Program-made: the position numbers and the translations under genes
Shown here: positions 26,329 through 39,881 of the stretch, one piece after another
Layout of the letters: the number at the start of each line of letters is the position of its first letter
How positions within the stretch are numbered: position 1 is the first letter of the stretch
The notes under the pieces: generated by a model
Seen by the model: the letters and a program-made list of their open reading frames with translations, nothing else
Databases searched by the model: none
What the model was told of the DNA's origin: nothing
From: Mytilus trossulus
Lineage: Eukaryota
Direction of reading: 5' to 3'
Length of the DNA stretch: 64,000 bases
Assembly (NCBI RefSeq): GCF_036588685.1
Contig: NC_086376.1
Span: 4,464,001 to 4,528,000 of the forward strand

Positions 26329-28756
26329 ATGAATACTTTGATTACTTGTGTTGTTCTGCTAGTTGCCAGTTCCTGTACTCATGCCGGTGGCAAGTTCGGC
26401 GGTGGTGGTGGTGGAGGTAAGCAAGTTATCTCCCTTACTCAAGATAAAGATTTTCTAAAATAATGATAACAAAATCAATTAACACAGTGTACCCTTTTTA
26501 AAAGAATTTGATTTAATTTTGAGTGGCTAGTATGGTGTAGTATACAATGATGTTTTCGCAACCTAGAACTCAGGATATTTTTAGATCAGACAAATTATTT
26601 CAAAACTTGTTTTTCATTTCTCGACTTTCCGATTCGAATATCGCTTTTACTGAATTTGTTAAATTATGAACAAAAGCAAAACACGTGCTTTATAACTTGA
26701 TTATAGAGACTATACTATTCAATAATGATTAGAACTTTATCTCTTAAAAATGACTTTCCGAAAAGATGTTTGACTTTGGTTTCACTATGGATGTATTAGA
26801 TTGCTATTCTATGATTATCGATGATTATTTAAAAAAAAACAATATCCAAAACTTTCAAAAATGCTATTGTTTTATCGCGTTTTTCTATCATACTCAGCAT
26901 GCAACCATTTTTGTTTTTAATTATTGCATTTCAATTATTATTTCGTAGAAGTTTGTTATATTTTTCTTCATTTTTCCATTAAATATTTTTATCTAATGTT
27001 TTTTGGTTCAAAATGAATTTTTAATACTCAATTCAAATTTCATGACACACAGTCGTCGAATCTTGCATGATCCTTTTCAACTGTCGTAAAATTCAGTCAT
27101 GTTTTATGGAAGTTCTAGCAGATTTTGTCCTTCATAATTTTTTAATTGCATATTTAATTCCTTCAATAGATTAAGAATTAAACACTTATAATTTGACATT
27201 TCAGGAGGTGGCTCCCTCAGCGGATCTCTACAAGGATCTCTAGCTGGAAGTTTAGGTGGTGGACTCGGAGGTGGTCTCGGAGGTGGTCTCGGAGGTGGTC
27301 TCGGAGGAGGAATCGGTGGTGGAATCGGTGGTGGAATCGGAGGTGGTATCGGCGGAGGTTTTGGCGGCAGTGGAGTTTCTGGATCTCTAAGCGGTTCTCT
27401 AAGTGGAAACTTGGGCGGTGGCGTCGGAGGTGGATTTATTGGCGGTGGTGGTGCCGGCGGATCTATTACCCTCAGCTTCAGTGCCTACCTCAGATTGATG
27501 TACTATGTATCAGCTCTTCAACAAGCTGTTGCAGCAAGTAGTGTAAGCGCTAGCCTATCCGGTGGCTTGACTGGTGGATTTGGTGGTGCAATTGGAGGTG
27601 GATTAGGTGGTGGTCTAGGCGGAGGTATCGGTGGAATCGGTGGTGGTTTCGGTGGAATTGGTGGTGGTTTCGGTGGAATCGGTGGTGGTTCCGGATCTGG
27701 ATCTGGATTTGCTGGAAGATTCGGTGGTGGATTTGCTGGTTCTGTTGGTGGATCTGGAATCGGAGGTGGTTTCGGTTCAGGCTCCGGATTTGCTGGTAGA
27801 TTCGGCGGTGGATTTGCTGGACGTGTTGGAGGTTTAGGAGGTCTTGGCGGAGCAGGGGGCATTGGTGGACTTTCAGGAGGACTCTCTGGTGGACTAAGTG
27901 GTGGCCTTTCTGGTGGTCTAGGTGGTGGTCTTGGAGGAGGTGCTGGATCTAGCATTATGGGTAAATATTTTAAAAACTAATGTTCCATGATAGAAAATAA
28001 AAACACAGTACATCGTCATGACCATTATGTAAACAATTTTAATGCATTAAGTAATAAAAAGAACAAGTGGAAAATTTCAAATATGATTGCAGTACTCAAC
28101 ACGATTGTGAAGGATTTCTTTTTCTCTCAAGAAACCATAGACATTTCCTTGTAAAGATAACCAACTACACCAATATAAACACTAAAGAAAGAGTAGAACA
28201 AAATACACTTCTATTTCAGGAACTCTCGGTGGAAGTTTGAATGCTGGAATCAGCGGCGGAGCTGGTGGCATCGGAGGTGGAAAAGGTGGTAAGTAATTTT
28301 GTAATTATTTTTTTTAACGATAACAAATATTTTATTCAATCATTTCCTGATATATAAATACCTAAGTAGCCCAGGTTAATTTTGTAATTGATTCAAGATT
28401 GTTTTGAAGTAACTTGTACTTCTCTCACATTAAGGGAAAATAAATAAGCTTTGTACCTTTATATGTATTACTTTTAAAGATAATTTAACACCATTTATTT
28501 AAAACACGGAACAGGCTTGCCGATGTTGTATTTGTTAATTTTATTTCGTACATGTATATAAGAAGATATCGATAAATGACTAAATTATAAAACCCTTTGT
28601 CTTCAAATGATTTCAAAATATGACTTTGGTTTTTTTTACGCTTGAAGGTAAATCAAAATTGTATGTGATATTAGTACATAAAGTTGATGTTTGTGTATAA
28701 TTTTGCATTTTAATAACAAATATTTCTCTTCTTCTTTTACAGCAAGTTATTATTAA
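26329..28756 (+). CDS. Secreted glycine-rich structural protein, paralog B (308 aa); coding exons 26329-26416, 27205-27960, 28220-28288, 28743-28756
   Basis: Signal peptide MNTLITCVVLLVASSCTHA then GGKFGG; (GGGL/I)n blocks; ITLSFSAYLRLMYYVSALQQAV motif; ends GGGKGASYY*; all coding introns phase 1; AATAAA at 28849. Confidence 0.9.
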
Positions 28757-29956
28757 ATGACAGATATATAGTATTGGACGCCCAACGTTGATGAACAAAC
28801 ATGATCTTTCCGTTTTTTCTGGTGTGGTGATTTTTTTTTTGTATATAGAATAAATAATTGCATCCCAAATATCATCTTTTTTTCTTTAATTCACAAACAG
28901 TGTATGTAATAAAAAAAAAGGAGATGAAGCATGATCTACAATGTAACAACTACTCAAATGATAGAACAAATGACGTACCCTTTTAAAAGAATTTGATATA
29001 AACAACTATAAGTCACCGTTCTTCAAAATGTAACAAAACCCATATCGTATATAGATATAGGAAGATTTGGTGTGAGTGCCAATGAGACAACTCTCCATCC
29101 AAGTAACAATTTGAAAAGTAAAAAGCTTGCTATAAAATATTGCCATTCAAACAAGCAAACAGGCAAACCAACTGCCTGATCGAAGACAGCAACCATTTTA
29201 GCTCCTTTGCTAGCCAAGGGTTACTTTCCACTCCCTTCTATTCTGTGGATCGTAACGCTAGCTAGCGAAGGTGCAATGTTAGTAGACAGGATTACATATT
29301 AACGACCTAATTCAACATAGTCACTTGTTCGTTATCGAAACCCGTATGTTAACCTTAAGATGTGGTTTTTGTTTCTGTGTAGTAAGGTTGCGCCTTTTAT
29401 TGATAGACATACTTACATTTTTTAAATGTTTATATGAAAGAAGAAGATGGCCATATAGTGAAACACAAACCAAATATCAGAAATAATAAAGTGTCTTTGG
29501 AATACTAAATGCTGTCTTCAGTAATGGACAAGTGTCTATGTTAAACATCAACCTTAGAATCGATCCGAGTCTGTACAAATTGTTAAAAACAATAAAACAA
29601 ATGTTCAAAGATTTGACGAGGCACCAGTTTTACCACTCTTGTATCAGCCAGAGTCTCCATACCGAGGTCATGCGTTCCACTCTGATCATAATTGACTATT
29701 ATTATCAAATTTTCTACAGAAGGTCTATGGTTCTCTCAGGGCACTCATTATTCCTCCACCGATAAAAAAAACCTGACAACCATGAAATAGTACAATAACG
29801 CTGGAAGGAGTGTTAAAAACCAACCAAGCAGTCAAAGACCTTCACCGACACTTAATTCTTATTTTATAACAAACAACATTAAACTATAAAACAATACAAC
29901 AAAGTACGCGATTCATTGCTCATGAGTATATTGCAGGTTTCTACTCATTTTGTACA

Positions 29957-30022
29957 TCTTAATGCTCCTTGTTTAGATCTTAATGCTCCTTTTTTAAATC
30001 TTAATGCTCCTTGTTTTAATCT
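29957..30022. repeat. 21-bp minisatellite, 3 copies
   Basis: tcttaatgctccttgttt(a/t)(g/a)a repeated three times. Confidence 0.8.
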
Positions 30023-30789
30023 TGTTCAGTGAATGTAATATAAAACTACAATGAAAGTCAGTATATAAAAAGTATTTAGCTCTATTATAATACTATGATT
30101 GATAACAGAAACAAATATAAACAAAGTCGCAATAAAACTATTATATGATCTAAGTTACTGAGAGCAAGCTTCACATCAAGCTGTCCTACATTCGAATATC
30201 GGTTGCTGTATTTCATAGATTTAACACAGCAAAGTTATAAACAATACTTGATAAAAAGATAATTATAGATACAAAGTTTATAATCGGGACTCCTCTGTGA
30301 CGCTCGAGTAAAAAAGTTTAAAGTACAAAAAAGTACAGAGGTTTTTTTAAGATTATTTTGAGTACCAAAATATTTCCAATTGTTTTACAAAATACAGCTA
30401 CAGCTTAATTAATATATTCATCCTAATTTCCAAAAAATCGAAAATTTAAATGCTCAACAGTTTAACAGTAAATATGATGAAATTGCCATGTGCAATGCAG
30501 ATAAAACCATAGAGAATTTTAACTCTGAGTGGTAATGACCACCAGAAATGACAAAATCATTCATTGAACAACAACAGTATTGCTATTACCTTATCAATAA
30601 ATTTATTAAACAAAAGAGTAAGATTTAAAGAACAATTCTTAAATTTGCTAGCTTTATAAGGGATACTACCGTGACAAAATGCATGTAAAATTCAACTGTT
30701 CTGCAACGATGAATATCTATGTTTGTGACTAAACGAAGTAACAGTTAAATTAAAGTATTAAAAACTTATTAGATATGTACCACTAGTAT

Positions 30790-31190
30790 AAAAGAGAGAC
30801 GAAAGATACCAGAAGACATTTAAATTTATAAATAGAAAATTAAATAACACCATGGCTAAAATAGGAACAGACAAACAGACAAACAATCGTACATGAGAAT
30901 TTTAAAACACAACATAAAAACTAAAGACTAAATAACACGAACCCCACCAAAACTGGAAGTGGTCTGAAGTGTTCCGGAAGGGTAAGCAAATACTGCATCA
31001 CATGTGACACCTATCGTGTTACTCATGGTAACAAGTATTATTTGGTAGATCACATTCGTGAAATAGGAATTGGATTGTAGTTACATCAAATGTCGGACAT
31101 CAAGAACATATTCGCTATCATCTATGAAACAGATATTCCATAACGGTCAAACAGCTAGTGATGGCGTCCGTAAACTTACGACGAGATGAT
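30790..31190 (-). mobile_element. Degenerate Penelope-like element 3' fragment
   Basis: Reverse complement of about 31120-31178 reads KF(Y)GRHH*LFDRYGISVS, matching the PLE C-terminal KFYGHHHELVDPY seen at 45080-45117, and is followed by non-coding repeat sequence. Confidence 0.55.
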
Positions 31191-34100
31191 TTTTTTGTAA
31201 TGAACATATTTCATTGAAACCGGAGATGTCCCTTAACATCACACGTATCTCGGACCAACTGAGAAACAAACACTATTATAAGATGAAGACAATGGACATC
31301 AAATGCTAAGAAATAATAAGAAAATTAACAATTGAAAAGTGAAGGTGGAACGACTTATACAGTTTGATATGAAGCTTACCATTATAATTCTATCATCAAG
31401 TTTTTAAACAGACTATTTGACAGTTTAAATGCTTCATTTAGTATACGAAGGTGAATTGAACTAAATTTCGTTAGATAGTGGAAAGCATGCACACATATAT
31501 AACTTTTACTGGTACGATGAATGGAAACAGGTTAAAGAGATATTACTTTTTAGCAATTGGTATATGATGTTTTAGTAATTTCAATTTTTACATAGTGCAC
31601 AATTTTGTATTGTTCAGATGCCTTTTACCTCTAGAGTTATAAATCTGCATTTGTAAATGAATAAGCGATTGCGAATACAACATAAGAGACTGAAGAAATT
31701 TTCTATTTCAATATCACAAAACACCCGTCTAATGAAAAACACATGTGTTTTAATTTTGCATTCGTCATGGAGCATGTTTTTCTTCGAGAAGTGTTCATGA
31801 TCTTATCGGGTATTTGTGGGCTACTTTAATGATTCTAATGATTAATCAAGATAAGGATTCATTCATTCCAAAGGTTCCTTAATTGCTATCAAATTTTATG
31901 TGGTTTAAAGAATATACAACTAATGCATGATCACCACTATATGCATGAGTCGAAAAGTCTGCCACATGTGTCGAGGAATCACATATGCAGTATAATGCAA
32001 CTTGATTATTATTGCAATTTGTGAAACAATATAAAACTTCAAGTCCGATTCAGATTATGATCTATCATAACTCGTTCAATTATTGAAGCTCTTATAATAA
32101 AATCAGCAATCTATAAACTCTTGACATTAACGACATGAACTTAGATTTAGAAAAACATTTGAAATATGATTCTTTATGTTCAAGTATTTGTAGAAGTGAA
32201 ATTTTGAAACAATATTTCGCTATAAACAGTCGGTTTGACCTAAATTTGTTCAAAATAAGCTCAAGACAACGCTAATGTATCATTGACATGCAAGTAAATA
32301 ATTAACCTAAATGATTTCGTATTCACGTGTACTTTAATATAATTACTTAGTTGTAGACGGGTTACGCGTGTACTTTGCGTGTGTATTTTTTTTTTTAAAG
32401 GAAACGTATGTCAAAATTGAAAATCAAACAATGGTGAACTATTTAGATGGCTTATTTTACCCAGAAAAGGCATTCGTATACAGATAAAACGTTTTTTTAT
32501 TTTATGAAATTAAACAGATCTAAGTGCATGTGCTCGCCATCTATTTATATTTGTATCTATGTTTATATTGACTGTCGGCAGTCTTCGCAGGTCCTCGACA
32601 TCGTAAATCAGATTTACCTCTACACTAAAATATATTCACGAGGTACTGATACATATTATCGAATCCATTCATTAATGATTGTTTCTTTTATATTTATTCT
32701 TACATTTTTATATGTTTTAGTGTGCCAAACATATGTGAGAATGTGAGTCAATCAGTGAATATAATGACTAAAATAGATGTTAATCAGTAGAGTAATTTGA
32801 ATTATAAACAATTATAAAAAAGAATTATCAACGAAACACAAAGTATATTCTTAGTAACTACTTTCATGCCGACTCATGATGTTGCTGGTTTGACCCTCCA
32901 AGCAAACAAAGGAAACACAGAAACACTCTCAAATCAATACAACTATGCAATTTATTAAAGAGAAATTAGTATACAATTAAAATACAATAACAAGGCATGA
33001 ATAAACAAATATTGAAACAGACAGTACATTTAATTGTGTATTTAACCCAAGTTACATAACTAAGATAACCCAACCAAGAGGGAATACAATCGATAATACA
33101 TCTTTGGTATACCTTGATAGTTTTTTTAATACAATATGCGAATAACTGATTAAACTTTGCAGTATTTGCATTGTTTTGACAATATTGCGGTAATAATTTT
33201 TTTCCTATCTGAACTAAAATAGCAACAGCTGCCTTTGATGTGGCCTGTTAATGTAACTAGACACCAAAATTTGACCACAAACACTGAAAAGGAGGTTTCC
33301 TGTTTTTTTTCTGTGTTGTGTCGGATGATGTTCTGCCTCATATTTTATGTGGTTGTGTTAATTAATGAGTCCTGTTAAAAATCCCATAGTCTGATAAAAC
33401 CTTTAATATATGTACTGTACTTAACTTTTATATATCGGTATATACGTCCACAACTCTAAACTATGCTTGGTTTGTACTGGTATGCACGCTTGTCACAAAG
33501 GTAGACATGTGCTTGTTCGTTTGTCCCTTTCCTTGTCATTAGTGTTTCTATCTTATGATTTTACATCTCTTGTATATTAGGTTCATATTAACAATTTTTG
33601 CTGCATGTACATTTTTACAGTTTTGTCGAACAGAAATCCCTTCTTCGTCACGTGTTACTTCAACAGGCTCGACAAGTTCAACGACATTTATACCTTGAAA
33701 TGGAAGAGAATTAAATTTAATTTGCATAGTTTGCATTTAAAATTAAAACAAAATCATAATAGTGCATGCTGTATTTCTATTTGTTGCACTTGTTGCATTT
33801 TTATAATCGTGTAATATTTTATGAAGAACGTAATCAAAATTTAAACGCATTTTTACAAGTTTTCCACTCAAATAATAATGCAATATCTCTTCAAAACATG
33901 ACATTAGTGAAAGATAAAAATCTATAATTGAAGGTTTAGCTATTGATGTATATTTTTCATCGCATTATTTGAATTGCACCTACAATTTCGTGCAATATTA
34001 AAAGTGACACAAGGTGATATTATTAATTTGGACTTTGTTCAGGAATCATCCCATGTTAAACTATACTGCACGTTGTTTTTTTGAATATCTAAAACCCGTT

Positions 34101-35349
34101 TAATAGTGTTCTTTTGAATGTCCTTGTAAATCATTTATCTTTCCTATTAGGTCTATTTTTTAATAATATCTTTTTGACGTAACTCGTTATTTTTGTACTT
34201 TTTTTCTCATTTTTTCTTATGTGCGTTGCCTATATATGCCATCTTGTTTTGCTTTGTTGACGTATCTGTTTATTTTTATAGTGGTTAACATTTTAATACA
34301 GTGTGACTGCTGTACTCCTTTCTTTCAGAAGTTTACCTATTTTTTTATTCACACATTGTCGTCAATAAAATGCAACAGTGAGAGGTTTATATGGCTATAA
34401 CACCAGATTAAATCCACCATTTTTTTTATTACGAAAATCGAATGAACTTTTTGACACAATTCAGTTCTAAGTGCCTTCGAATTCTATTTTTATAAGGTAC
34501 ACGTATCCAGGTATCACGATTGAAAGACCATGCACATATTTTGTGCTGATTAGCTTACAGACTGACAAAGACGTTTTAACTTTTCATATTTCTCTGTCCT
34601 AAATGGTCTTGTATTTATTACTACTGCAGTCCCGTAATGTAATGCTGTCATTTTATTGTTATATTTTACATTGTGACAAAATTGTCATGTACCAAGTCAT
34701 GAAAATGGCAGTTGTTGTCTTATAGTTCGTTTCTGAGTGTGTTGCATTGTCGTTTTGGATTTTGTTGCACCTCAGTGTTCTATTGTTTCGTTGTTTCCCT
34801 CTTATAGTTGATGTGTTTACCTCAGATTTAGCTTGTAACCCGGATTTGTTTTCTCTCAATCGATCTATGACTTTCGAACAGCGGTAAACTACTGTTGCCT
34901 TTTTTTTCATATACTTAACCTACTAAACCAACCAAACCCAAACATCGGTATACACATTGGGTATTGTTATACGATTTTGGTATGACTGAACGGAAAAAAG
35001 ACAATCTGAGAAAAGCAATATACATTGTCCAATGCATTTTTCTTAATTATATATAGAAAAATGTGGTGTGAGTGCCAATGAGACAACTATCCATCCAAAT
35101 AACATTTTATAAAAGCAAACCATTATAGGTCAATTTACGGCCGTCAACAAGGATACTTGGCTCACACCTAACAAAAATCTATAAAGGGCCCCAAAATTAC
35201 TATTGTAAACCCATTCATACGGAAAAACCAACGGCTTAATCTATATAAAAACGAGGAACACGTATAAATTACATAAACAAACGACAACTTCTGTACATCA
35301 GATTCCTGACTTAGGACAGGTGCAAAACTTATTGATATTGAAAATATTG

Positions 35350-36200
35350 ACGTTCCCTTGTCACCATCCTACGGTGTTTATATATCTCAACTTGTACGAT
35401 TCGCTCGTGTATGTAACAATGTTTTATATTTTAACGAGAGAAATTTATGTATTACTGAAAAATTATTACATCAGGGTTTTCGATATCACAAACTAGTCAA
35501 AACATTTACTAAATTTTATCATCGGTATAAAGACATCATTCGTAAATATAGCTCAACATGCAGACTTCTTATTCGTTCAGGTATTTCACATCCAATTTTT
35601 TATGGAAATACTCTTTATAAAGCACAAAGGTGTCAGTATTCACCTCAGAAACTTACAAAACCTTTGAATAGACTTATTAAGAAGGGATATAATTACGATA
35701 CTGTTGTCAAGTCATTAAAGATTGCATATTTTGGCGTTAATAGTGAGTCACTGATAAGGTTTTGCGTCGGAACTAAAAAACAGTTGTTGGCATGACACGG
35801 GTTATGTTCTTCTCATATATGTTATGATGGTATGATACTAAACCCCTAACGGGAAGAATTGTGCCGGATGTACATATGATGAAATCATAATCTTTCAGTC
35901 AGTTTAACTGAAGTCTGGAGCTGGCATGTCAGTTAACTGCTAGTAGTCTGTTGTTATTTATGTATTATTGTCATTTTGTTTATTTTCTTTGGTTACATCT
36001 TCTGACATCAGACTCGGACTTCTCTTGAACTGAATTTAAATGTGCGTATGGTTATGCGTTTACTTTTCTACATTGGTTAGAGGTATAGGGCGAGGGTTGA
36101 GATCTCACAAACATGTTTAACCCCGCCGCATTTTTGCGCCTGTCCCAAGTCAGGAGCCTCTGGCCTTTGTTAGTCTTGTATTATTTTAATTCTAGTTTCT
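35350..36200 (+). mobile_element. Penelope-like retrotransposon 3' fragment (RT thumb/C-terminus plus 3' UTR)
   Basis: DVPLSPSYGVYISQLVRFARVCNN...KLLHQGFRYHKLVKTFTKFYHRY; a second copy of this family lies at about 47055-47880. Confidence 0.85.
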
Positions 36201-38752
36201 TGCAAGGACGACTGTTTAAGTGCAAAAAGAGCAGTGGCATCTTTTATTTGTGTATATCAACATTTGATTAGAAATACGGTAATAAAGGGGTTGGCTCTTT
36301 TGGGAGATTAAGGAAATGAGTAATGGCATGTAAAATTCACTATTCTGTCCAGTTTTTATTCTAAAAAACATACACATATATATTAAAAAGAGAGACGAAC
36401 GATACCAGAGGGACATTCAAACTCATTAATCGAAAATAAACTGACTAAAAAATTTAAGAAGACAAACAGAAAAACACATGACACAACATGTAAGATGATG
36501 TGAATATTGTCAAAACTTTATGATTTCAGAAGTCAGATACACAAAACATATTCATTTCCCTACTGAGTATAGATCAGTATACGCATTGCTTCTTATTTTT
36601 CTACCTTTTAATGCATTCTTATGTATGTCATCATTATCTTTTATACTTTACATAAAACTCCATGATACTCTTGACAATTTTGGATGACTGTCTTAAAATT
36701 GAAGAAAAACTTTTACGACGTTTGCTTGTTGAAAATATACCATTCTGGTGTCCCATTTCTTTTTCTAAAAAGATTAAAACAACAAAAATACCGAACTCCA
36801 AGGCTTATTCAAACTAGAGAGTATTTGATCAAATAGCAAAATATAATTTAACAAATGGAAAACAACTGTCATATTCATGACTTGATACAGTCATACTCTG
36901 GTATTGGAATTTAATTATTTGTTCTTGTTGAACTTGCACTACACATCAATATCTTAAATGTGATTCAATGAAATCGCCTGACATAAGTGCAAACTGTTAT
37001 AGAGCGTGCGTAAACGGCGTAAAACTTCTCTATTATCCTATTTTAAACATGCAAATGTAATTTCTAAGAACATTTTCGTTTTGTTGGCAATAATATGTCA
37101 TAGCTTCCTTGCGTGTAAATATCAAACATAATACATCGCAAAAGTTCTCAATCAACTGGCGATTCTTTCTCTAGATTTTAGTTATTTTAAAATATAACAT
37201 GCAAAATTATATAATTATTTTTGACATCATCCATCTTCTGTGAAATGGTTTTTAGTTCAGATAATCTTGTAATGTAAATGTTATTGTTACGGGACAATTT
37301 CCCCAAAGGAAAACAACTCAAACAAAATCAAACCATATACATCAGTCTGTAATGGCCTGACTCATCAGTTCGACAAGAAGCACAAGCAACTTCCATATAC
37401 AGAAAAGATACAAAGTGTCAATATAAGAGTTCTCCCAGTTACTGAATTGCTAGTTCAAAGTTAATAATCATGTTTCCCAGTCTAAAGTATCCATCAGTCA
37501 TTAACATTATGAAAAGCATAACCTTGTCAAACGGGGAAATATTTGTTACAATACCTAATATCTATAGGATGTATGAAAATACATAGTTATTCATGATTTA
37601 TCAAAAACAAAATTAATGTTTGACCAGTAAATACAATATTCATAGATTTTACTACGGCGTAAATTGATACTCTTTAAATCAAGTATTCAATATAACCATA
37701 AGCTTACACAGATCGTATCTAAATTTACTTTGTCCATTGTGAATAATCATAGCACCACACCCGTTGATTCATGGACGTTTCGTAGATGTATGATTGCAAA
37801 TCAGACAACTCTCCACGAAAGACTTTACGACATAGAATTTAACAGCCTACAAGAATCAACATACCCCCTACAGCAAAGTCAGTCATAAAAAGCCCCGATT
37901 TGACAAATGTAAAACAATTCAAACAAGAAAACTAACAGCCTGGTTTATCTACAAAACAATTAATGAAAACAAAATATGATTTACAGAAACAAACGAAAAT
38001 CAATGAGTTACAGCCCTCATGGTTGTGACAGTCGCATACACAAGGTTATACAGCAACAAACGAAAACTACTGAGTTAAAGGTCCTGAATTTGGACACCAA
38101 ACCCTTCTCTTGCGATTGGATAGTGATGTAACGTCAACAATAGAACAAACTATAAAAATCTGTTGAAAAAGGCTAAACTCATTAAATCAATACAAAGCAA
38201 AAAGCAACTAACAAAAACACTGAACGAACGTGACAGGATACTTATAAAGCATTTTAACATAAAAATATTTTAAGTATAGATCTGAGAGGACTTGCATTTA
38301 CTGACAGATAGTCAAACCCAATGGAAATAACAAAAACATCATGTATTTAAGACTAAAATGACATTAAGTCCACTTTCAACTGCCAAATGAATTATTGTAC
38401 TAGTAAATAAGTGATTCAGTTTTTTTCTTTCATGTTAGAAAAAAGAGAATACAATTTCTTTTTTTCCCGAATTTAATAATTTTAATTTTTCTCTCCATTT
38501 AATTTAAATATTCCTGTTAAGTTATTGCTTGCTTCCATAGTATCAAGACAAATTATAACTAGATGTATGGAAGAATAACATAATATGCACTTATCAAGAC
38601 TGTTACTTGCTACATTTTTGTACTAGAGAGACACTATTATCAATTATAATAAATATACACGATTTCACGTTTCAAAGTTTCTTTCTGACTAATCTAATGG
38701 CGATTTATTGCATATCAATTTTAACATTAAATTGTGTTACAATGCACAAATG

Positions 38753-39046
38753 ACCGTATTACGTAACATCAAAACCTTTTGTTAGATTTTTGAAGAAAAT
38801 GTGTAAAATGACAAATAAACCTGTCTGATTAATATTTGTCAATAAATTGTCATGTAAGCAGAGATATATTTATGTTGTGGTTTAAAACCATGTAAAACAC
38901 GAATTTTACAACCTAGCGTTAAGAAAAGGGAACTGTAAGTGTACTAAATTACAAATTTTATTGAGAAAAATCAATGTATGTATACTACGGTCAAATTTAA
39001 TGCTAGTGCAGTAAAGCGGAAAGCACGTACACTCAGTGATATAAAA
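38753..39046 (+). promoter_or_regulatory. Conserved promoter module of gene C
   Basis: GACC-N2-ATTACGTAA (38753-38766), TGTGGT (about 38876), CGGTCA (38988), CGGAAAGCACGTAC (39017), TATAAAA (39040); exon 1 donor at 39121. Confidence 0.7.
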
Positions 39047-39881
39047 GAGGACAATTTCTTATCTTTTACACATACCATTTGTACAACATTTTCCAAAAGC
39101 ACCAACAGAAAGAAGAGCAGGTATTACAATTTTTAACTAAATAGTTATAAATTTTAGCAAATTTCTTCACTTTTATAAAAAAAATCGTTTTAAAGTTCCA
39201 ATCGTACAGTTACTTATAGTCGTTAACTGACTGTCATTTGTTCATTAATGGAGAGTTGCCTCATTGACTATCATACCGTATTTTCTTTTTCTTTTATAAC
39301 CGTGCCTTACAAGAAGCTTCTTTATTATAATGCATCTTGAATTTCATTTTATACCAACAATTATTCCAAACTTTTTGAATGCATTTTGAGAATTTGATAA
39401 CAACAATTCTCTGATTTTTGCGCTATTTTCACATTTCTTGATCGGTGATGAGAAAATATTTCTCCTCACTAGTTAAAAATCTGTTCTCGGCAAATGGTAG
39501 ATTAAAATTTAATTGTGACGTTAAATCTTCTTGGTTTGTACTGAATTCTCCTGTTGTGACGTCAGAAAAACAGGCGACTATGCCTGATGACGTCACATGA
39601 TGCATAAAAAGTATACAACATTTAAATATTTTAAATAGAAGAAAAAAAGCATAAGAGAACAGATTCCACCACTTTAACTTATATAATATGATATTTCTCC
39701 ACTCTCGCCAGTTAAATTTCAACTATTTAAAAAGCTCGGCAAGTCTCACGCTTCAAATATTAAAATTCAACTGTCTCGAATGGAGTTACATCGTTACAAA
39801 CTTGTTGCAGTTGTGGAATCTGTATTTATTTATACTTTTTGTCAGATGTTCCTTAATAGATTTTAATTAATTTTAGGCAGG

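Noticed and set aside
33150-33700. Possible minus-strand exon(s) (GINVVELVEPVEVTRDEEG...) with a downstream AATAAA near 32950
   Set aside because: No convincing upstream exon, domain or homology signal; cannot be supported from sequence alone.
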